Source: Candidatus Omnitrophota bacterium
Lineage (GTDB): Bacteria; Omnitrophota; Gorgyraeia; B26-G9
Direction: 5' to 3'
NCBI GenBank assembly: GCA_043826565.1
Contig: JBDRPX010000037.1
Span: 5,669-69,668 of the forward strand
Length of the DNA stretch: 64,000 bases
In this document: positions 8,773-16,998 of the stretch, piece by piece
Position numbering within the stretch: the first letter of the stretch is position 1
Layout of the letters: the number at the start of each line of letters is the position of its first letter
Made by a program: the position numbers and the translations under genes
Notes under the pieces: model-generated
What the model saw: the letters and a program-made list of their open reading frames with translations, nothing else
Database searches by the model: none
What the model was told of the DNA's origin: nothing

Positions 8773-11562
8773 ATGAAAATTCCAATATCCACCTATAGAT
8801 TACAGTTTAATCCGGCATTTACTTTTGCGGATGCTAAAAAAAACCTTTCTTATTTAAAATCATTAGGAATATCCGATATATATGCTTCTCCGATTTTCAA
8901 GTCCCGTAAAGGGAGCATGCATGGTTATGATATTGTTGATCCTAATCAGCTTAATCCGGAATTGGGATCTACTGAAGATTTCAATGCGCTGACTGAAGAT
9001 GTGAAAAACCGTCAGATGGGATGGGTGCAGGATATTGTGCCCAACCACATGGCATTTGACCGTGAGAATGAGATGCTTATGGATGTGTTGGAGATGGGAA
9101 AGCTTTCCCCATATTATAAATATTTTGATATTGACTGGAACCATCCGTATGAGAGTATGCGGGGAAGGCTGCTGGCCCCGTTTCTGGGAAAATTCTATGC
9201 AGAATGTTTAGAAGCTGGGGAAATTAAACTTCAATACAGTGAAAAAGGATTAAGCATAAACTACTACTCATTACAATTTCCCTTAAAAATAGAATCTTAC
9301 AAAATGGTTTGTCTGTTTAATATCGACGAACTTAAACTGACATTAGGGCAGAGCCATCCGCTTTTTTTAAAATACCTTAATATTTGTTCTGTTTTTGATG
9401 TTGATGATAATTTGCCGGAGATGGAAAAATATAATCAGCTTAGGCAGGGGAAAGATCTGTTGCGGGAGCTTTATGTTAATGATGAGCTGATTAAAAATTT
9501 TATAGATGGTAATATCAAAGCTTTTAACGGGACACCGGCAGATGTGGAGAGTTTTAATCTGCTGGAGGATATTCTTTCACGTCAGTTATTCCGCTTGTCA
9601 TTCTGGAAGGTGGCTACCGAGGAAATTAATTATCGAAGATTTTTTAATATTAACGAATTAATCTGTCTGAGAATAGAAGATGATGACGTATATCGTCGTA
9701 CGCATGTACTTCTTGGCCGTCTTTTTGACGAGGGAAAAATTAGCGGGATTCGCGTTGACCATATTGATGGTTTGTATGACCCCGGGACATATTTGGAAAA
9801 ACTAAAAAAACAGTTTCCGGACAGCTACCTGCTTGTCGAAAAGATTTTAATCTCGCAGGAAAAGCTTCCGGGATGCTGGCCGGTGCAGGGCACCACCGGA
9901 TATGATTTCTTAAATTATGTGAACGGTTTATTTTGCTTAAAGAGAAATCAGCGAAAAATTAACCGGATATACAGTAAATTTACGTCTAATAATATTGCTT
10001 ATGATGAACTCGCGGGAAATAAAAAGAGATTAATAATCGGTAAGCATATGGCCGGGAATATTGATAATCTTGCTCATTTCATGAAAAAGATATCCAGTTA
10101 TAGCCGTTATGGCAGTGATATTACGCTTTACGGGCTTAGGAGAGCTTTGGTGGAAGTGTTGACCAATTTTCCGGTTTATCGGACATATATTAGCCGGGAT
10201 AATTTTAAAGATACGGATGTGCAATATGTTTTAAGCGCGATAAAAAAAGCAAAGCAGTCAATCCCCGGTCTTGTATATGAACTTGATTTTATAGAAAAAT
10301 TTCTTTTGCTTAAACCTGAGCACTATATCCGGGAGCAGGAACGGGGAGAAGTTACTGATTTTGTTATGCAGTTTCAGCAGGTCAGCGGGCCGCTGATGGC
10401 TAAAGGTGTAGAAGATACCGTATGTTACGTTTATAACAGGCTTTTGTCTTTAAATGAAGTTGGCGCAAGCCCGGATAAGTTTGGGATTTTTTCTAGTGAT
10501 TTTCATTATTTTAGTAAAAGAAAGAAAAAAAAATGGCCGTATTCTTTAAACTCTTTATCAACGCATGATACCAAAAGAGGAGAGGATGTCCGGGCGAGAA
10601 TTAACGTGCTTTCGGAAATACCCGCGGTCTGGGAGCAGAATATAAAGCATTGGCATAGACTAAATAAAAAGTTTAAAACTTCGGTAAATGGAATGCTGGC
10701 TCCGGATAAAAATGATGAATACTTTTTATATCAGACCTTAATTGGGGCATTCCCGTTTTTTGAAAAGCAATACCCGAGATTTTTAGACCGGGTTAAAGAA
10801 TATATTATTAAAGCGGTCAGAGAGGCGAAAGTTCATACCGCGTGGTTAAAGCCGGATATTGACTATGAGAACGCTTATATTTCATTTGCCGAGGAATTGC
10901 TGAAATTTTCTCCGGCAAGTGTGTTTATGAATGAGTTCTTATCGTTTCAAAAAAAAGTTGCGCATTATGGGATTTTTAATTCTTTAGCCCAGGCCTTGAT
11001 TAAAATAACCGCTCCCGGAGTTCCGGATTTTTATCAGGGAACTGAACTATGGGATCTTACTTTGGTTGATCCGGATAACCGCCGTCCGGTTGATTTTGGG
11101 CTAAGACAAAAGTTTTTAGCGGATATTATTGAAAAAGCGGGTACGGATTTGCCGGGATTGATTTCTGAATTATGCAATACTCATGAAGATGGCCGGATAA
11201 AATTATTTTTAATATATATGGCTTTGCGGGCAAGAAAAGAAAACAGTATCCTTTTTCGCGAAGGCGCATATGTTCCCATAAATACCGGAGGTAAATACAA
11301 AGATCATATTATTGCGTTTGCCAGAAAATATGATAATATGATAGCCATAACTGTTATTCCGAGATTTCTCGCTTTGCTTATAAAGGAGAGTGAATATCCA
11401 TTTGGGGAATATGTTTGGCAGGATACGTATGTGGTGAGCCCTGAAGATGGTAAGTGTAAATGGAAGAATGCATTCACCGGTGAAGAAATAGAAGGAAAAA
11501 AGATTTTATCAGTGAGTGATATTTTTAAATCTTTTCCGGTTGCGTTATTAATTAGCGTTTAG
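8773..11562 (+). CDS. treY: malto-oligosyltrehalose synthase
   Basis: 929 aa; N-term IPISTYRLQFNPAFTFADA...LGISDIYASPIF is typical of TreY. Confidence 0.8.
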   Translation: MKIPISTYRLQFNPAFTFADAKKNLSYLKSLGISDIYASPIFKSRKGSMHGYDIVDPNQLNPELGSTEDFNALTEDVKNRQMGWVQDIVPNHMAFDRENEMLMDVLEMGKLSPYYKYFDIDWNHPYESMRGRLLAPFLGKFYAECLEAGEIKLQYSEKGLSINYYSLQFPLKIESYKMVCLFNIDELKLTLGQSHPLFLKYLNICSVFDVDDNLPEMEKYNQLRQGKDLLRELYVNDELIKNFIDGNIKAFNGTPADVESFNLLEDILSRQLFRLSFWKVATEEINYRRFFNINELICLRIEDDDVYRRTHVLLGRLFDEGKISGIRVDHIDGLYDPGTYLEKLKKQFPDSYLLVEKILISQEKLPGCWPVQGTTGYDFLNYVNGLFCLKRNQRKINRIYSKFTSNNIAYDELAGNKKRLIIGKHMAGNIDNLAHFMKKISSYSRYGSDITLYGLRRALVEVLTNFPVYRTYISRDNFKDTDVQYVLSAIKKAKQSIPGLVYELDFIEKFLLLKPEHYIREQERGEVTDFVMQFQQVSGPLMAKGVEDTVCYVYNRLLSLNEVGASPDKFGIFSSDFHYFSKRKKKKWPYSLNSLSTHDTKRGEDVRARINVLSEIPAVWEQNIKHWHRLNKKFKTSVNGMLAPDKNDEYFLYQTLIGAFPFFEKQYPRFLDRVKEYIIKAVREAKVHTAWLKPDIDYENAYISFAEELLKFSPASVFMNEFLSFQKKVAHYGIFNSLAQALIKITAPGVPDFYQGTELWDLTLVDPDNRRPVDFGLRQKFLADIIEKAGTDLPGLISELCNTHEDGRIKLFLIYMALRARKENSILFREGAYVPINTGGKYKDHIIAFARKYDNMIAITVIPRFLALLIKESEYPFGEYVWQDTYVVSPEDGKCKWKNAFTGEEIEGKKILSVSDIFKSFPVALLISV

Positions 11563-11627
11563 CGTAGAGCGGATAGCGAATAGAAAAAATTTTTACTAAA
11601 CACGATAGATCAGAGAATGGAGTTAAG

Positions 11628-13124
11628 ATGGAAAAACGAGGCAGCGGCATATTATTGCATATTTCGTCATTACCTTCTGATTTTGGCATCGGAGATATGG
11701 GCGAAGCGGCCTACAAATTCGTTGATTTTTTAGCCCAGGCAAAACAAAAATACTGGCAGGTACTCCCCTTTAACCCGACAAGTTTGATCAACGGCAGCTC
11801 TCCCTACAGCAGTGTCTCGGCGTTTGCCACCAATACATTATTGATCAGCCCGGAATTGTTGTGTAAGGACGGATTTCTTACCTCGGGGGAAATAGATTCA
11901 TCCTCTCAGAACGGCAGCAGGGCGGTTGACTATGAAAATGTTTTGGAATTAAAAGCCAAATTATTTGCCATAGCTTTCGAACGGTTTGAAAAACTTAAAG
12001 ATAAAGCTGGTTTTAATAATTTTTGTTCTGAAAATAAATATTGGTTGGATGATTTTGCCGCGTTCATCGCTTTTAAAGAACATTTTCAGGACTGCATTTG
12101 GACTGACTGGCCGAAGGAGATCAGGGATCGGGATAAAAAATCCATGAATGAGCTTAAAGAGCAGCTGACCCGGCAGATTAAAAAAGAAAAGTTTCTTCAA
12201 TATTTGTTTTTAAAACAATGGATTGGTTTGAAGAATTATTGTAACCAAAAAGGCGTTCAAGTTATCGGAGATATCCCGATCTATGTCACCTATGATAGTG
12301 TTGACGTGTGGAAAAATCCGGAAATTTTTAAACTTGATGAAAATAAAAACCCGGTTTATGTTGCCGGTGTACCTCCGGATTATTTTAGCAAAACCGGTCA
12401 GTTGTGGGGTAATCCGGTATATGATTGGGATGTGCTTGCTGAAAATAATTATTCCTGGTGGATGCAGCGAATAAATCATAATTTAAAACTTTTTGATTTA
12501 ATAAGGATTGATCATTTCCGGGGATTTGTGGATTATTGGCAGGTGAAAAACGCAGAGAAAACAGCAATTAATGGAGAGTGGCAAAAAGCTCCGGCAAAAG
12601 AATTCTTTAAAGCTTTGCTAAAAGAATTTCCCGAACTGCCGTTAATTGCGGAAGATCTGGGGATTATTACTGATGAGGTAAGGGAAACAATGAAATACTT
12701 TGGGTTCCCGGGGATGAAGATAGTGATGTTTGCCTTCGGAGAGGATGATCCGGAGCATCCTTATTTGCCGCAGAATTTTGCGACTAATTGTGTTGCTTAT
12801 ACCGGAACGCATGATAATAATACCGCCCGGGGCTGGTTTGAGCAAGAAACAACCCCGGAAGACCGAAAAAGACTTTCTGATTGTTTAGGTAAGGAAACAA
12901 ATGCCGATAAATTGCACTGGGATCTTATTGAGTTGTTAATGAAGTCTGCAGCGCATACAGTTATTTTTCCTTTGCAGGATGTTTTTGGCCTTCCACAAGC
13001 GGATCGTATGAATATCCCGGGAACAGTGGGCAATAACTGGAAATGGCGTTTTAAACCGGAACAAATTACTCCTCAGGTAACAGTTCAGCTGGCAAAAATG
13101 ACCGAGCAATATTCTCGCACCTAA
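11628..13124 (+). CDS. malQ: 4-alpha-glucanotransferase (amylomaltase, GH77)
   Basis: GSGILLHISSLPSDFGIGDMG N-terminus and GH77 motifs. Confidence 0.85.
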   Translation: MEKRGSGILLHISSLPSDFGIGDMGEAAYKFVDFLAQAKQKYWQVLPFNPTSLINGSSPYSSVSAFATNTLLISPELLCKDGFLTSGEIDSSSQNGSRAVDYENVLELKAKLFAIAFERFEKLKDKAGFNNFCSENKYWLDDFAAFIAFKEHFQDCIWTDWPKEIRDRDKKSMNELKEQLTRQIKKEKFLQYLFLKQWIGLKNYCNQKGVQVIGDIPIYVTYDSVDVWKNPEIFKLDENKNPVYVAGVPPDYFSKTGQLWGNPVYDWDVLAENNYSWWMQRINHNLKLFDLIRIDHFRGFVDYWQVKNAEKTAINGEWQKAPAKEFFKALLKEFPELPLIAEDLGIITDEVRETMKYFGFPGMKIVMFAFGEDDPEHPYLPQNFATNCVAYTGTHDNNTARGWFEQETTPEDRKRLSDCLGKETNADKLHWDLIELLMKSAAHTVIFPLQDVFGLPQADRMNIPGTVGNNWKWRFKPEQITPQVTVQLAKMTEQYSRT

Positions 13125-13151
13125 CCTATTGAAATCATTAGAGAAATTAAT

Positions 13152-13180
13152 TTGCTAAAAAGAAAAAACTATGGTATAAT
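13152..13180 (+). promoter_or_regulatory. sigma70-type promoter TTGCTA-17-TGGTATAAT driving the riboswitch leader
   Basis: -35 ttgcta 13152-13157; extended -10 tggtataat 13172-13180. Confidence 0.55.
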
Positions 13181-13221
13181 TAAGTAGATTTAAAAAGTAT
13201 GTAATTTCTTAAATAAATCCG

Positions 13222-13362
13222 AAAAGGCAAAACTCAAGAAATTGAGTGACGCAAAGCCACGGGTCTAAAGCTTGATGCTAGGATCGCCGGGTATATCGAT
13301 AACGCGAAACTAGGAGCTTGTGATGGCCGGACTGCCGAAGAAAAAGGTAGTCTGGTTTTTTA
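13222..13362 (+). promoter_or_regulatory. c-di-GMP-I (GEMM) riboswitch aptamer (13222-13296) plus intrinsic terminator expression platform (13327-13361)
   Basis: GGCAAAAC-CUCAA-GAAA-UUGAG-UGACGCAAAGCC-ACGGGUCUAAAGC...GCCGGGU aligns almost position by position with the Vibrio Vc2 aptamer (GGCAAACC-P1 GNRA hairpin-GGGACGCAAAGCC-...CUAAA...). Downstream hairpin CCGGACUGCC-gaagaaaaa-GGUAGUCUGG followed by UUUUUU. Confidence 0.8.
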
Positions 13363-13551
13363 ACATATGGAGACAAGATCATGAGGATACAGCGTGTTAC
13401 CCGAAAAATACAGGATGTATTAAGAGGGGATTTTGTACTTTACTCTCTCAAAAAAGAAGGAATAGTAAAGGTAATCTGGTTAACTGTGGTTACTTATATT
13501 ATTTTTTCTTTAATGATTATTTTAGGTAAATGATTACATTAAACCCCACAT

Positions 13552-13568
13552 AGTGATAAAATATCACT
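13552..13568 (+). promoter_or_regulatory. perfect palindrome AGTGATA-aaa-TATCACT (possible operator)
   Basis: 7-bp inverted arms, 3-nt spacer, located between the riboswitch and the promoter of gene A. Confidence 0.3.
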
Positions 13569-13648
13569 AATCTTTCCTAATTTATTATCCTTCAATATGT
13601 TATGCCTCTAAAAAAAGGCCATTTTTGTTTGCGCTACCCTCTAGAATA

Positions 13649-13657
13649 TGGTATACT
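13649..13657 (+). promoter_or_regulatory. extended -10 promoter TGGTATACT upstream of gene A
   Basis: tggtatact at 13649-13657; the same 9-mer recurs upstream of the sixth paralog (40478-40486). Confidence 0.4.
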
Positions 13658-13749
13658 TTAAAACCTTTTATGACTTCTCGCTTTTGCCCCTAACATTTTT
13701 TGTTTTAGCAGGTTAAGATTAATTAATAAAATAAAAGAACGTAGAAGAA

Positions 13750-16700
13750 ATGATGACCAGAAAAAGATTAAAGACTAGACGCTATACGCTGTGCGCTAAA
13801 CGCTTGGTTGTGTTTTTCCTGGTGCAGGCGATGGTTGCCGGCCCTTTGCCGGCGGCGCCGGCGGAGATGCTTACTCCCGCAATCCAAATTAACCATTCCG
13901 GACTGCAGCAGGCTTTTGTCGAAGCCGGCCAAGGAGAAAATTTTCTGCGGGAGTTTGTGGTCCGCAGAAAAGAGATATTATGTGAAGAATATTACGATAA
14001 GCAGAAACTATTACGTAAGGCGGCATATTCTACCGGAGAGATATTTGCGCAGTTTGATTATGACCAACACCGTCAGCTGCAGCATCCTGAAGCAATAGTT
14101 GATACTCTGGTTAACGCTGTTTTAACCAATACGGATATAGGAAAACAACAGGCCGCGGCGTATGTTTTAGAAACTATCAGAATCCCCAGGCGGGATCCCG
14201 GCATAGTTCGGACGGTCAGCAAAACAGATTTAAAAGTAATTGCCGAGAGCCTCGGTATTGCGCTGCACGGAGCTGATATTGATACGATAATTTTAAGTAA
14301 TGGGATCGTGCTTATGCCGGAGGGATATTCTCCCTCAAAAGTACGTGCTCGGGAACAGGTTAGCTTTTCTACTTTGTATTCCGGGGAACGGGCGTTTGGA
14401 GAATATCTTAGCCGGTTGGAAGCGCGGCGTGAGTCCGGGGAAAATAATTCGGCTTTGGATGAGGAGATTGTAACTCTTCGAAAGCTTAGGGATATGCGTA
14501 GATATATGCTTCGATTAACAGAAAAGGCGGATCAGGAGCGTGATTCGGTGATACCGATGCAGGAATATATTGCCGAGAAGGTAAAAACTGAATGGCTGGC
14601 TTGTGCCGGACAAGAAGGCCTTAGTAAAGACCAAGCTTTAAAATCAATCCAACAGGCGCGTATGCTGAACGTCGATTTAAAGTTAGCAGAGGATTTGCTA
14701 GATTTAGCCAAAAGGCATGAACAGGCTTTAGAAAACGAGTGGGTAATTGTTGGGCAGGAATTGCTTCAGGCACAGGAATTGTCCCGGCAAAACAGTAGTC
14801 AGGCAAACAGACAAATAGCTGATTATTGGCAGCGTTCTCACGCGTGTTTAGAACAACAGCTTGAGCAGGCCAAAGAGGAACGGAAAAAGGCTGAGCAGAA
14901 TTTTGAGGAAGAACGCACTTTACAGCTTAGGCAGGTTGAGGAGCACAGAAAAATCGTCAGAGATAATTCTCCGCACCAGATTTTGTTCGCCAAAAAAAGG
15001 AATATTAACACGATTACTTATCGCTTATTAACAATAGCCTTATGTTGTGCCGGGATAGAAGAGTTTAATGAATTAGACATAGACCTGGGCGCGGCCATTA
15101 TTATCGAGCGCGGAGAAAACGGGCCGTTTACAACCAGAGATGATTTTGTGCGGCGGATGTGCGAACGTTTAGGCGCGGATAAGAAATCGTTGATGAAAAA
15201 TATCTGCAAAAATTTCAGTAAGCTTACTATCCGCTTTTCCGCTGAACCTGTCGGAGAGCTGGAACTGGGGGTTGCCAGATATTATATGGACACGATGGAC
15301 GAATTACAGCGGGCGAAAGAACGATTTTCTTACCTGCGGCAGAGGCTGCATCAGGCCCAAGAAGAGCTGAGAGTTGCTTTATATCAGGAGTTAAAAATAA
15401 ACAATTCGTTTGCTGCGGCTGTGAGCGGTTATCCTGAATTGCAGCTGGATATTGAACGGACAGTTTCTTATTGTGAACGCAGTAGAGTTTCCTTCTCTGA
15501 TTATCATTCGCCAAAGTCTGAGTTTATTTCGGTTTTGCATGCTTTACAAAAAATATTTTCAAAAAGAGAGAACGCGGTTAGTTCCCGGATTGATTTCTAT
15601 ACCAATATTATATTTCAATTAATAGGCAGGCTTAGTTACTGGGAGGAAAAAGAAGATAAAGGGCTGAAGTTTTCTTCGAAAGAGATCCATGAATTTGAGC
15701 AGATAAAAATAATGTTGAGACTGCGCAAAATTGCGGAAAGCGGGCGCTATGTTTCGGACATCCATTGTTTTCAGCGTTTGCGGGATGAAGTAAGCAGGAT
15801 TAACTATACGGATGTATTACCGGGTTATCTGTCTACGGTAGCGATGAATGAGACATTATATGCCCGGGTGAATTCTCCGTGGAACATATTGATGAAAAAT
15901 CACCGGCGGGAGGCTCTGACGATGATTCCGGGAGCGGATGATGCGGTTCTTTTAGGAGTGCCGGCAAGGCATATCCTCTCCGAAGAACAGTCGCATCGAA
16001 TATTGGAGATCCCCATAGGATGGGAAATAGAGTTTACTTCGTCACAGCGGTATTTGCCTCCGGTGCCGCGGGAAAAATGGATAGATGCCATTATTCCCAA
16101 CGCCATAGAATTGCACGATAAAGGAGTTATTCTGGCGGATTTGCACAGGTTAAAAGAATATAATCTGCAGCCGACCTGGAGTTGGCGGACACAGCTATTG
16201 ATGCTGCGCAGAGTTATGTCCTTGGCGGGATTTAGCGGGACGCAGGCGGATTCTTTGCAGATTAATGTAGGGATTAAAGAAAAGGATTGGCAGATATTAA
16301 CTCCGGTGATGCGGGAAGACCTGGAAACCGATGCGCACTGGCTAATGTTTAATATTGTAGCAGCTTATGTCTCACCGGGAAGGATTGAACGCAAAAAAGT
16401 GGATAAAGTAGTCCAGGCAAAAGATGTTCAGGTTGTAGATATCGACGGAGAAAAATACCGCCGTTTCGAATATGCGTTTTGTGATTTTGAGAATATCGAA
16501 ATGATCGCGCCGCTGGTGCAGTATGGCCATACTTGTTTATTTTATTATTACTATGTGAGAAACGAATATGAACTGGGAAATTATAATGTTCCCGAATTAT
16601 ATAAGAAATTAGCCGCATTGGGAGAAAAATTAAGAAAGGCGGCTGACCGGGAGGATCTGGTAGGATTATTTGGTATCCAGCTGGATAAAGCTGGTACATA

Positions 16701-16905
16701 CCGGGAAAGCAGTTTGTTGACTCACCGGGAAAGAGGATCTAAACAGATTTTACAAATTAAAGGTATGTTGGATAATTTTCTGCGGGAATTTTGTGATCTT
16801 GCCGGATTACCCCGGGAAGTTGTATTGCCTGCAGAAGAACAAAAGCTTGTGCAGAAATTGAGTGATGAGGGATTTGAGATATTAATTATTGAACAGGCGA
16901 TATAG
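13750..16905 (+). CDS. large secreted protein, member A of EQAI-terminus paralog family (coiled-coil/Q-E-R-rich central region)
   Basis: signal-peptide-like N-term (LVVFFLVQAMVAGPLPAAPA), post-signal motif MLTPAIQINHSGLQQAF, C-terminal ...LIIEQAI-stop. Confidence 0.7.
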   Translation: MMTRKRLKTRRYTLCAKRLVVFFLVQAMVAGPLPAAPAEMLTPAIQINHSGLQQAFVEAGQGENFLREFVVRRKEILCEEYYDKQKLLRKAAYSTGEIFAQFDYDQHRQLQHPEAIVDTLVNAVLTNTDIGKQQAAAYVLETIRIPRRDPGIVRTVSKTDLKVIAESLGIALHGADIDTIILSNGIVLMPEGYSPSKVRAREQVSFSTLYSGERAFGEYLSRLEARRESGENNSALDEEIVTLRKLRDMRRYMLRLTEKADQERDSVIPMQEYIAEKVKTEWLACAGQEGLSKDQALKSIQQARMLNVDLKLAEDLLDLAKRHEQALENEWVIVGQELLQAQELSRQNSSQANRQIADYWQRSHACLEQQLEQAKEERKKAEQNFEEERTLQLRQVEEHRKIVRDNSPHQILFAKKRNINTITYRLLTIALCCAGIEEFNELDIDLGAAIIIERGENGPFTTRDDFVRRMCERLGADKKSLMKNICKNFSKLTIRFSAEPVGELELGVARYYMDTMDELQRAKERFSYLRQRLHQAQEELRVALYQELKINNSFAAAVSGYPELQLDIERTVSYCERSRVSFSDYHSPKSEFISVLHALQKIFSKRENAVSSRIDFYTNIIFQLIGRLSYWEEKEDKGLKFSSKEIHEFEQIKIMLRLRKIAESGRYVSDIHCFQRLRDEVSRINYTDVLPGYLSTVAMNETLYARVNSPWNILMKNHRREALTMIPGADDAVLLGVPARHILSEEQSHRILEIPIGWEIEFTSSQRYLPPVPREKWIDAIIPNAIELHDKGVILADLHRLKEYNLQPTWSWRTQLLMLRRVMSLAGFSGTQADSLQINVGIKEKDWQILTPVMREDLETDAHWLMFNIVAAYVSPGRIERKKVDKVVQAKDVQVVDIDGEKYRRFEYAFCDFENIEMIAPLVQYGHTCLFYYYYVRNEYELGNYNVPELYKKLAALGEKLRKAADREDLVGLFGIQLDKAGTYRESSLLTHRERGSKQILQIKGMLDNFLREFCDLAGLPREVVLPAEEQKLVQKLSDEGFEILIIEQAI

Positions 16906-16998
16906 AGTGGATTGCAAATTGCAAATAACAAATTGCAGATTAAACTAATGAAAATAAAAAAACAAATAAACTACATAATAATATTTTTGCTGGTGCAG
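16891..16998 (+). repeat. 108-nt junction repeat copy 1 (3' end of upstream gene + spacer + 5' signal-peptide coding of next gene)
   Basis: gaacaggcgatatagagtggattgcaaattgcaaataacaaattgcagattaaactaatgaaaataaaaaaacaaataaac...ctggtgcag, near-identical to 19720-19827. Confidence 0.9.

Noticed and set aside
13320-13529. 69-aa ORF (MMAGLPKKKVVWFF...) immediately after the riboswitch aptamer with an upstream AGGAG
   Set aside because: The predicted intrinsic terminator hairpin + U6 (13327-13361) lies inside it and the peptide has no recognisable features. It is more likely the expression platform/leader of the c-di-GMP riboswitch, although a small regulated peptide cannot be fully excluded.
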